Below, piece after piece: positions 22,754 to 58,935 of a DNA stretch of 64,000 nt. Source of the DNA: the human T2T-CHM13v2.0 reference genome, Homo sapiens. The stretch lies in assembly GCF_009914755.1 (NCBI RefSeq), contig NC_060933.1; one strand, 5' to 3'. The translations under genes were made by a program, and so were the position numbers. Position 1 is the first letter of the stretch. Each line of letters opens with the position of its first letter. The notes under the pieces were generated by a model, which saw only the letters and a list, made by a program, of their open reading frames with translations, was not told where the DNA came from and did not search any database.

Positions 22754-22969
22754 CTTTTTCTTCTATTTAGGAGGTCATAAAGCTGTCCACAGTAAATTTC
22801 ATAGAAGCTGATCCACACAAAGAGGTGCTTTCTTGGCTGGGACACTTCTAGTTGCCTGAAGATATCTTTGGCAGCTAGAGCATACAATCCTGGGTTCTCA
22901 TGAGTTCCTATCATGGTGTAGGTCTTTCCAGCACCTGTCTGTCCATAAGCAAAGCAAGTGGCATTGCCT
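22754..22969 (-). CDS. KIF24: KIF24 coding exon 5 (216 nt, c.912-1127), with P-loop GQTGAGKT and SFYEIY
   Basis: ttccccag|A ... AAAAG|gtactg; [17 protein letters not shown] Walker A motif; lies inside ORF 22747..23028. Confidence 0.97.
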
Positions 22970-23201
22970 CTGGGGAAAGGATAATTTGTATTACTTATGC
23001 ATATTAAGAGAAGTATTAGTTTACCCATAGATTTTTAATGACAAAGGTCAAATGTAAACATAGAATCTTAGAGAAAATTCAGCTATAAACACATAAACCT
23101 TTAAGGAGAAGAGGACTTTACATTATAAGAACACAGGAAGAGGAAAAAAAATTCTCAAACTACTACACAAGTTTTCCTTTTTTTTTTTTTTTGTTTTTTG
23201 A

Positions 23202-23303
<102 letters not shown>

Positions 23304-24393
23304 TGAGTAGCTGGAAGTACAGGTGTGCGCCACCATACCGGGCTAATTTTTGTATTTTTAGTAGAGATGGGGTTTCACCATGTTGGCCAAGCTCGTCTCA
23401 AACTCCTGACCTCAAATGATCTGCCCACCTCGGCCACTCAAAGTGCTGGGATTACAGACATGAGCCACCACACCCAGCCTGAGTTTTCTTATAGTAATTT
23501 TCTTACAGAACCAGTAAGAGAAACAACTCTAGAAGATAAAGAAACAAGGGCTTTAAAGAAACCACTTAGCCAATAAGCATTTACTGAATTCCTACCCCAT
23601 GCTAGGTGCTTTAGAGGATCCTAGAGATGATCTACTATTAATCTGAAAAGTTAAATTTAGTGAAAGAATAGAGAATTAAATACGAGAAATAACAGGAGAT
23701 CATGTGATAAGCAAGATGGTAGTGACCACTCATAATTAAGGAAGTTTAGATAAAGGGGAAATTGATGTAAGCAAAGTATTTGAGGAAGGACTCACAAGAG
23801 TAGGAATTGGGCTGGGCCTTGAAGGCAGAAGCTGAAAAGCAGAGAGCTTCCACTGTGGAATAGGAATAGCGTGAACAGAGGCCACAGTAGTAAAGATGGC
23901 AGCAGGCACACCAAATCTTGAGGGGAAAAAAAAAGCCTGGGCTCTGGTTTCTGCCCTACCATTAACTAACCATATGACCTTAGGCAAGTCCCTTCACTTT
24001 TCTCTGTGCCTCAGTTTTCACTTTTATCAGTAGATTAGTTTCTAAGTAGTAGTAGATTGGTTTCTAAGATCCCTTCCAGTTGTGATGCCCTATGATTCTA
24101 AGTGAGAATCATTGCTCTTGTATGTGGTTACATGTGTGCGTACACACCCTTTATGAGTGTGAAGAACTGCAGAATAAGAGGTGGAGAATGGAGTTGGGAG
24201 ACCAGCCTGTCAATCACAGTATGTTTTACGAGGAGTTGGAGACCAAGATTATCTGAGTGTTGTGGGATTCACCCACGCAGTGCTAAGTAGAGAATGAACA
24301 TAATCTTAGAGCTGTTGCAGACTCTTAAACATGAATCTCATGGATTAATGATAAAAATAGCTGCTTGCAGCAAAAAAAAAAAAGTCTATGCAT

Positions 24394-25120
24394 TGTGACA
24401 GGAAAATAAATCTCAGGACCCCGAACTCACTAAGCCAAATGGAAAAGTCAAGCTGGGAAATGGGTCCCGCAAACCTGCCTCCCATTTGGTTCCTAAATAA
24501 GATGGCTACAAAGATAAAAAGCTACATATCTCCCTCACATTTTGCCCACTAGGAAATTCCTTGTGGGCTCATGGTCTTCACCTTAAAACAGTTGTGTTGA
24601 ATTTCACCCTGGCAATGTCAATTGATAGCTTATCTTCACACATGGAGGACACAGGACAGAACTCTAAGTCATCCCTCTGCTCACCTGAAATAAATGCATA
24701 TTTGATGCTTCCTCTGCCCTACTGTTGTCTACATTATCTAATGTAAAATGCAGTTCACTGGGCCAGGTGAAACATGAAGAACTATTTTCTCCAATCCCCA
24801 ATATGAAAATTGAGTATTCAGTGAAAGACTGATCAAAGACTCGAAAGGATGCAACTGTTTTGTCTTTTTATCTATTGAAACATTTAAAACATATTTCTTT
24901 TCCTCCAATATCCACCCTTTCCCCTGTAAATTTTTTTTCCTTTTCCTTTTATTATTTTTTCCCCTTTTATTTGCTCTCAGATCTTACCCTTTAAATACTG
25001 AAGCCCTCAAAATCGTCTTTGGAGAAAGGTATAGACCTGTCTCCTGGGCTTGCGTTCTTAACTTTGGCAAATAAATCTACAATGATTGAGACTTGCCTGG
25101 GTCATCTTCTTTGATTTATA
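24394..25120 (+). mobile_element. ERV1 MER4-family solo LTR with 4-bp TSD
   Basis: Starts TGTGACAGGAAAATAAATCTCAGGACCCC...CACTAAGCCAAATGGAAAAGTCAAGCTGGGAA; AATAAA at 25070-25075; TSD GCAT at 24390-24393 and 25121-25124. Confidence 0.82.
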
Positions 25121-25699
25121 GCATGGACAGGGATGGGGGAGGCTGGAGGTGGGCAGAGAGATGAGTACACAGAAAAGGATTTGAAGCCAGGTAGAAAACA
25201 AAGAAAGAGTAAAATGACAAAAGCAAGGGAACCATAGAAATGTGAGAATCAAGACATGGGAGTTAATTAGATGTAAGCTGCTTGGAGCAGAGACCAGCTA
25301 CTCTTTGCCTTTTGAACCCTGGCTCCCAGCAGTGTGGGTACTATAAATACCGGCAGAGGCAGAGTTGGGAAATGAATTACAGGAGAAAAATTTGAACACA
25401 CTAAGGAAGATCCAGCAGAGCAAGAGGAAAGAATAATATCTACTTTACTTTCTGAACAGTTTAGGGATGAGCTTTTTCAAAAAGCAACAATACAGGAGTG
25501 AAAAACCCTATTATACTTTAAAGAATGGATACACTTAACTTGCAACTCTTGTTATTACTAAAGTCTTAACATTCAAATTCTAACTTATTTTAGAAACTTA
25601 CTCCTCAAAAAGCATTCCCTAGATTTGGTGCCCTTACTAAGAAACTGAACCTAAGAGATATTTCACATTTTTAGCCTTCTCATAAAATTTAAAAAATTA

Positions 25700-27605
<1,906 letters not shown>

Positions 27606-27696
27606 AAGTTGTTTGAAAAAACAGTCAAAATTCTCTGGAATCAGCAACACTAGCAGGCTACTTGGCATTTTCTATCATACATGCCTACAATTTTAA

Positions 27697-27760
27697 TAGA
27701 TAGGTAGGTAGGTAGATTAGATAGGTAGGTAGCTAGCTAGGTAGGTGGATTGGATGGATG

Positions 27761-27797
<37 letters not shown>
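27697..27797. repeat. Compound tetranucleotide repeat (TAGG/TAGA/TGGA/CAGA)n forming the tail of an antisense AluJ
   Basis: Directly visible in the sequence. Confidence 0.92.
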
Positions 27798-29118
<1,321 letters not shown>

Positions 29119-29583
29119 TACATCTATGAAAAATTGATAAGTGATATTCACTTATCTATCTGATTCCAAAGAAAAAATTAACTAAACTATAGCCAGAATA
29201 CATAATTCCTATCATCAAAGTTCAGACTAACTCCAACCACCTGAACCTTTTTCTTCTGAGGACTTTGATGGGATAATATTGTTAAAAGCTTAATTTTTCT
29301 TTTTTTTTAACACCCTTTCACTATCTATCACAATATATTTTTCCACTAGACACAGAGAAATAATATCATCAATGTAAGAGGAAATTTTACTGCGAATTTC
29401 TAAATCCTTGGTAAATCCTATAGAGATACTGCATGTTTTCAGAAGAATCTAAATTTATTAGCTCAAAACACAAATTCATGTTTAAGTCAAAAGTACTGAA
29501 AAGCATGTGATATTTATAAAGAAATATGGCCTAATGGAAAATAGAAAATAAAAAGCAAAAAAAGCAAATAATCATTATCGTAC

Positions 29584-29681
29584 CCATTGAAAATATGCTG
29601 AATAAGTGGGTGAGTAGTCTTCATGTATACATCCTGATTGGTGCACGCCTCACCAAAGACTTCATCAAAATAAAAAACATG
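29584..29681 (-). CDS. KIF24: KIF24 coding exon 4 (98 nt, c.814-911): HVFYFDEVFGEACTNQDVYMKTTHPLIQHIFN(G)
   Basis: tttttcag|CAT ... AATGG|gtacga; kinesin FxFDxVF motif; phases match exons 3 and 5. Confidence 0.96.
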
Positions 29682-30049
29682 CTGAAAAATAAATTTGATT
29701 TTATGGAAAGAGACACATTCTGGATTTTCTTAATCACTATTCTAGTTAACAGATGATAAATGCCAAAATATGTCTTTAAGTAACAGTAACTGACCATATC
29801 AAACTTAGAGGTAAATAAGCAATCACTATTAAATGACAGGGCCTCCTCTTACTTGAGATCTCTGTAGACATGTTCTTACAAGGTAAAAACTAAGGCACAC
29901 ATTTTTTGTTTTCTCTTAAGAGAAGTAAATTGATAAACACAAGAGTGAGTCAATCCTCCTTAGGTCTAGGAGAGAAAGTGAATTCTATGGGGATTATCCT
30001 CGTATTCCAACTAAAGCTAGTATATTTAGAATTTTGGAGGAATTTGTGA

Positions 30050-36430
<6,381 letters not shown>

Positions 36431-38164
36431 AACCATTGGTCCATAGCTTATTTGTGTGTTTGTTGGCCAATCTTACTCACTTTGTAATATGACATCTGCA
36501 TTAGCTTCCATATTAAACTTGTATTCACTTACTGCCAATTTCAAAAAACTAGAATGAAACAATATGGTTTGTTTCCTTGTTTCACTCATTATATTGATAT
36601 AAAGTTTAATGGTTTGGTAGGATAGCATACTACATGTATATGATCATATTTACTAAGTAACAAGATTTGAAAAGATAGGACATTTAATAAAACAAACACA
36701 AAAACCTATTATCTCTAAATATGTTTAAAAATAAAGCCCAAAGAATCTACGATCAATATTTATTTAGCACTCAGTTTGCTATAAACCTACCTTTTCTTCT
36801 TTCTATTTGAGGAAGAAAAAAGAAAAAGAAGTCTTCCCAGCATTTTTATATCATAGCATTGACAGGTAAGGATTCGGACCTATGAGAGCAAAGGTCCAAA
36901 GTTCAAACAGCAGAGAAAGTGCCATGGAAACTATGGGTATTCAATAAGTATTGACCAGTGGTAATGACAAAAAAAGTAAGGTTATTGTGTTTGGGGATAA
37001 CAGAAAAATACGAAAGATAAGATGATGCCTCCTTGATGGAATTACTGTGACAGAAGCATCATTAAGGAAGTCTTAGGTAGACAGTGATTGGATAGGGCTA
37101 TTACGATGGCTATAAGTAGCCATGGAACTAGATAGCATTACAACTAATTGGTCATTTAGTCCATTTTCAAAATAAATATCTCCCACTGAGAACTAATAGA
37201 CCGTGCATTGATCAGCAATCGATAAGGCTGTTAAAGTGATTGGGTTGGTTTTACAGTGGCCTAGTAATTTAGTACCAGTAGAAAGACTCAGTGGATTACT
37301 CTGAATATCTCTGTGAAACACAATTTTGGTAACCAAAGAAAAAGAAGAACAATACAAGTTTGAAAAAGGGTGAAAGTGTTAACAAATCACTTCAGCATTA
37401 AAGGATTTATTCCACTAATGTAAGATCTCAGCTGACTAAGGTGAATTGCTAGCATACCAGATTTTTTTTTCTTCCTACCAGTCACTGGGTTTTGAGGCAA
37501 GAGAACAAGAGAGAGAGAAAGAATAAATATAATATGAATGTTTAGGGAAGTAGATTCAGAGTAAGAGAAACTGTGTACTCTCAAATCTTAACATCCAATG
37601 GATTATCTGGTTTTAGATTACTCACAATTTTTCACAATTTTAGGAGTACCTAAATGATGATTCTTTCCATCTGTGGAGTTTGCTGTTTCCCTATGAGACT
37701 AAAGAATTATTGCAAGGTACCTTCAGCTTGGAATAAGTTTCTTTCAATACCAAACTCTTTCTCCTTGGACTCTTCATAATCACTCTAGCAGGCAGTGAAC
37801 ATTATTTACATGGCTGAGTTATTAGTGTTTTATTTAAACCCTTATATGTTAGATGTGAAATCATATCTCTGGATTTTATTTACCCACTGCAATCTACCCT
37901 GTATAAAGTGGTCTGCTCAGAGCCCAATTTTCGCCAATTAAGTATAAGCCCAAGACAGCTGAGAATCAAAATAAGCACGTGGCTGGCAATTGTCGGTCCT
38001 GTTGCCCAAAAAGATATTGTCCATCATTAAACCCAAGTCTCAAAGTCAGCAGAATGAGAAGTTCACACTGTGAGATGCAAGCAAGAATGGAAATCAACTG
38101 TGTGACATCTCATAGTCATATATTCAGTGACTGGTCCTGTTGACAACTACTTAATTATTTATTT

Positions 38165-38485
<321 letters not shown>

Positions 38486-38818
38486 TAAATTATTTTTATT
38501 CCTTCATTCCTCCTTTTTTTTGCTGAATATGTATAATTAAATTCACACAAAGCATGTTAAGTGAATATATGATGTAGCTCCACTGCACAAGAGAAATTGT
38601 TTTTGTATCCCCTATTGCACCGTCTTTTGAAAAAATGAAGGCCCTGGATATCAATGACTTAATACAGTGTCACATCAGGAATGAATGTCAACACCCGAAC
38701 CAGAAACTTGATTTTCAGTGTTCTAACAGAAACTTGTATGCCACCACTCAAACAAAAAGCAAAAAAAAATGACATACTTGATAATATTAGTTCCAAACAT
38801 AAAACGAAAACATCATAC

Positions 38819-39008
38819 CTGCAGAATATATTGAGTGAGGTCAACTGCTTCTTTCTTCTCATGCACAAGTAGAGTTTCTTTGTCTTCTACAGTAATAATA
38901 TTAATTTCTCCACGACGTACCTCCCTCATGCCCAGGGGGCGTTTTCGAACACAAACTCTGATTTTCTCCATCTCAGTCCAAGGATTCTGTTTCTCTGAAG
39001 TGTTCTGT
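38819..39008 (-). CDS. KIF24: KIF24 coding exon 3 (190 nt, c.624-813): start of motor domain KIRVCVRKRP ... EAVDLTQYILQ
   Basis: catattag|A ... CTGCAG|gtatga; IRVCVRKRPL and loop-2 VDLT kinesin-13 signatures. Confidence 0.96.
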
Positions 39009-39087
39009 CTAATATGTTTATAAACAGGCTTTTAATTTTTAATAATAGGACAAGATTACTTAACAGGTCAAAGTATTGGTACCTTTT

Positions 39088-42232
<3,145 letters not shown>

Positions 42233-43284
42233 TTACATGCTCTGTGATCTCCTAGACCAAACAAAATGTTTTCAGAAATATTATAATAAAAATTCACTTA
42301 TGTATTTCAAATTATTAAAGATATTTTTACTGTTAAAACTGAGTCTTCTATTTTTATGGAGTAAAATAACTGATTATGAGATCTTCTGAAACCTTAGCCA
42401 ATGTAAGACCAGATATAAATTCTTTATCTTAAGGTATGAATAACAGTATTTTTAAAAAGAAAATATGGCTCAAGAATGAATTTTGTTTGCCCATAACTCA
42501 CATATATAATGTTTAAAATAAAACAAGGAGTACTTTTTTTTTTTTTTTTACAAGATTACAAGAACATATTTCCTATTATACCATTGTTAGTACTAGGGAT
42601 TACTTGTTATTTCACCTCTTAGGGACCTTATTTCAAATTCTAACTCGAAGCACTAGGTGAAAATAACTTATTGTCACCCTGACTCTCAAACTCTCATCTC
42701 CACCAACAATGTCTTACTGTTTGTAATCACCAAAATTATCTGTTTTTTCCGGGGTTGAAATTGTAGAAAGCACTCAAAATTAGGATCATATTTCAATGTG
42801 TGTAGGTGAACTAACTGCCCCAAAGACCTACTTAATTAAACTACATGCCCTTGTTTTTTAACAAAGCATCTTTAAGTCTCCTGGTTGGGTTAAGTGAATT
42901 TGATAACCTTAAAAAAGTCCTGTGGATTGTGTAATTTTTTTCTCCACTGTAGAAGGGTTATTTCACTTTCACAGATGTACTAGATGTATCATGTTACGCT
43001 ATAATAAACAATAGAAACAGATCTGCTACAGATCCTGGCAAGTAGCAGCTGTTCTGATGTACATGAACAATATCATCTTTCTCCCACCTAGAAAGTCCCA
43101 ATTTCTCATTAATTTTCCCACATCCAGGTATTCCTATTATTGATGCAAATGCTGTTCATGATAATTTCTGTTATATTCATTTACTATAAATAAGGAGTAG
43201 ATGCTGTCTGCTGGACATGAAGGAGAGGCCTGCCCTTGCCTGAGGCTACTTTCCCTCAAAAGAAAGAAAGATAAAATTTATTAC

Positions 43285-43907
43285 CTGATACAAGAATGAG
43301 GGATTCCATAGTTATACCCTGAAACATGAGAGATTCTTTGAATAATGGGAATATCACAATCCCCCAGTATTGCAGAAAGGTAATTTGGTGAAAAGAGTGA
43401 AGTGCTGATTTCTGTTTGCACATAGGAATCACCAGCTGTGGCATTCAGAATTCCTGTTTTTGTATGGTACTGGGAATCATCTGGTAGCACGTGTTCTAGC
43501 ACTTTTAGGTAAGTGGACTTCTGTTCATTTGCAGAGAAATCTGATAAACTGCACATTTCAAACCCATCATTGCTGGCATTTCTGTCTTTATTGTCAGCAG
43601 GAGAATCAAAATTCAGCTGTCTGCGAGGGCCAGATCTTAATTCCTGAGATTTGATGCGCAGGCTGCTTGTCTGAAGATGACGCTCTGGGATACTGACTGC
43701 TTTATCTTCTTCTTGCATAATCTTAATAATTTTGATAAGTTGGAAGAGACGTTTGCGGTCGTTCATGTCATGGACTCCTAATTTGGAGTAGTCCTTCATT
43801 GTAATCTTGGCTAATTCATCTATTTTCTGAAGGCCAAGGGCAGTGAAATGAGAATAATACTGTGCAAGTTCAGCTTCACAAAGACATTCATATAACCAGG
43901 ATGCCAT
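43285..43907 (-). CDS. KIF24: KIF24 first coding exon (exon 2; CDS 623 nt, whole exon 43285-43932): MASWLYECLCEAELAQYY..., N-terminal SAM domain plus linker
   Basis: ATG at 43907 in strong context (accaaaATGG); acceptor ctctcttcag|AG at 43932; donor ATCAG|gtaat. SAM-like pattern (WL..L.QY...F....ID.L..IT..D...LGV....RKRL). The seven exons sum to 1443 nt = 481 codons with no stop. Confidence 0.97.
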
Positions 43908-44194
43908 TTTGGTGAATAGGTTTCTATAAACTCTGAAGAGAGAAAGAAAAGCCATTCGCTTGAAATAGAGTACATGTAATACAATTATTTATTTTAAAAA
44001 TTGAAAACCACAAAACCACAAAACAAACATGCAAAAAATGTTTTATCTGTCAAGTTCTCAATAACATATTTTTCTTCTGAAATTATTGATTAAATAGCAT
44101 AGTGCATGAACAAAGATGCTTTGTATTGCATATGAAGAATTTGTGGTAACATATAATTTGTTAATTTGCTTAATAAAAAGAGACATTCCATTTT

Positions 44195-44380
44195 ACATAT
44201 GTGTATATATACGTGTATATACATATATACGTGTATATGTATATATATACGTATATATGTACATATATACGTATATATGTATATACACGTATATATATAC
44301 ATATATACGTATATATGTGTATATATACATATATATACACATATATATACACACACATATATATATACACATAGATACAC
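44195..44380. repeat. Complex (TA/CA/CG)n alternating purine-pyrimidine microsatellite
   Basis: TATATACGTGTATATACATATATACG... repeats over about 185 bp. Confidence 0.95.
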
Positions 44381-45267
44381 AAATGAACACATACATAACA
44401 CATAACTTACTTATTTCTAGGGAGTTCCTTCCAACCTTGCAATGTCTACTTAACACATGCCACAACTATTGAAACCTTGTTCCCAACAACTGATTGTAGC
44501 AGGACTAATTTTAGATGCTCAACTTAATGTCAAGGCATGCTGCACAACTGTTTCCCATGAATAATGAACAGGGGCTAAGAACTCTTTCAGAATGAAAAGC
44601 AGAATTAAATGGCATACCACAGAGGATTATAAACTAATGTAACTCAAAGGAAGATAGCATTTGCATTTGCTGAGTACTGGCAAAAGTTAGTTAAATAGAA
44701 GTAAAGACATCATCAATTCAGCATCAGCCAATTCAGGATTTCAGATCATTCCAAAAGGTGGTCATCGATCTCTACCTGTACAGAATATGAATCAAATAAT
44801 TTGCCCAGGAAATTAATACTAAGGTCAAGATTTTAAATAGTTGTATCTTTTAAAAAATTTTAACATCAAGATATTTAATTAAATACTAACAAATAATGTG
44901 GTAATAACACATAATCCTGGTCTATTATTAAAAGTCAGGATCCTGAGCTCTCTATATCACTGTTAATCAAGTTCATGAGAATATCCAAAAGTAAATACAG
45001 TACATTTTCTTTTTTAAAATGGTTTCATAATTCAGAGTTTTCAAAAATTCAGTTAGGTAACTAGTGGTACAACTTTCCTGTTTTCGTTTTAATTTCTATT
45101 TCATCTTCTTTCTAGCAGAAACAGAGAAAGAGGTGAGGGCAAGGTAATAAAGATAACCAAAGAACGTTGAATAATTAGCTTTGGGGGAAATACTACTTAG
45201 GCTAAAAGGCTAAATGGGCTGAGTAACACATCCTAAACTAATCCTGGCCTTCTATTTGTGGTAGATT

Positions 45268-49958
<4,691 letters not shown>

Positions 49959-50008
49959 TGCTTATTTACTGGTTGTTGTTTTTAGATTGACAATTTCAAT
50001 GTAAGTTA

Positions 50009-50525
50009 CAGTAGTACCTGTCCTCCAATTTAGCTTTCTGCCATTTCAGTTACCCTTAGACAACCAGTCCAAAAATATTAAGTGAAAAATTCCAGAAAGG
50101 AACAATTTGTAAGATTTAAATTGTGCACCATTCTGAGTAGCACGATTAAAATCTCTCACAATACTGGCTCCCCTTTCCTGGAATGTCAATCATCCCACTG
50201 TCCAGCCTATCCACACTGCATAAACTACCCACTCATTAGTCACTTAGTAGCCATTTTGGTTACCAGATCAACTGTGGGGTATTGCAATGCTTGTGTTCAT
50301 GTAACCTTATTTTACTTAAATAACGGCCCCAAAGCAAAAGAGTAGTAATGTTGGCAATTCAGATATGCCAAAGAGAAGCCATAGTGCTTCCTTTAAGTGA
50401 AAGAATGAAAGTTCTAGACTTAGGAAAATGCATAACCTATAATAGGGGTTGGTACTATCCATGGTTTCAGGCATCCACCGGGGGTCTTGGAATATATCCT
50501 CCTTGAATAAGGGGGCATACTACCA
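50009..50525 (+). mobile_element. MER44-like (Tigger7-derived) DNA transposon
   Basis: CAGTAGT...TTTCAGTTACCC...AAAAATTCCAGAAA...GGTTTCAGGCATCCACCGGGGGTCTTGGAATATATCC...GAATAAGGGGGCATACTAC matches the recalled MER44 consensus. Confidence 0.8.
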
Positions 50526-50828
50526 TACCCTTAAAATCTTAATTTTTTTTAATTCAAATTGTATTATTGGATTTATTTTTCAGTAGTTAGGGGAGCATGG
50601 GAGCAAAGGATTGCTTTAAGAATCCTTTCCTCAACATGTAGAAGCCTGATTAGAAAATTAGGGAGGAGAACAAACAAGTCTAAAGCTGGTGGTTTAACAA
50701 GATAAATACATGAATAATGCAGCCTGGGCAACATAGTGAGACCCCGCCCCTAAAAAAAAGACATGAATAATGAACATATAGGTAACCCTCAGCTATAAGT
50801 TGTAAAAGTTACATAGAAATAGGCTATA

Positions 50829-53255
<2,427 letters not shown>

Positions 53256-54157
53256 CTATAACCTACAAATAGCTACAGATCTCCCTTGGGAAGGAGGGGA
53301 GAGGGGAGGACCTAAACTAATTTTTCTCTTTCCACAAATTTAAGTATGTTTGAATTCAGGTTGCCAAAATGTTACTGAAATGACCTTTATTTTACCTGTA
53401 CCCCAGGATTTTTGCTCTAGATCTCTTTAGACAGGCTTACCAGGATAATGACCCTTCTCCATGTACTTAGCTATATCTGCATTGTTCAAATGTGTGCTTT
53501 TATTTTTATTCACTGTTTTCTTTGTAGTTACGTATTTTATTGTAAGACCTCCCTCCATCCTTCTTAGAAATAGATTAACATAATTATTGACATGTCACTA
53601 GATTCAGAAGGTAACTAACACTAAAGCACTGGTATAACACATCAGAGACATCCAATAAACATAGGCCCTTAAACTACCACTGCCACCAAACACATTCTTA
53701 TTCTGTAGGGAGGGAGATGGAATTGAACAGGGAGCAAAATACCTACATGGTTTATTTTTTCTATTTCAAGATGTTAAATAAGATTTTTATTTCAAATATC
53801 TGTCAGTAGACTACCAAAGTGTTTGCGCAGTAGTAACTAGTATAGCAGATTACTAGATTAGGAGGCAAAAAAAAACCGAGGACTCAGTCAGTCTCTGCTA
53901 AGAACCAGGTGTGATACATGGTCAAATTATTTAACATCTATGAGTCTCTGCTTCTTCAAGTTTAAAATTGAAATAATGTATACAGGCATTGACAGTAAAA
54001 TTAGATATGTTAAAGTACTCTCTACAAGTGTACTGATTACGCATTTGCAGGAGACAGGTTCTGTAACGCACCCACTAAGTGTCTGGAACAAAACAGGCAC
54101 AGTGATCTACCGATAGCATTAAAAAAAAAAAAAAAAGCTATACATACATACATACGT

Positions 54158-58935
<4,778 letters not shown>

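Noticed and set aside
43908-43955. N-terminal extension MAFLSLFRVYRNLFTK of the 224-aa ORF
   Set aside because: The upstream ATG (43955) lies in the intron, 5' of the polypyrimidine tract and acceptor at 43932; the real start is 43907.
44090-44472. Tyr/Ile/Val/Cys-rich ORFs
   Set aside because: Artifacts of the (TA/CA)n microsatellite.
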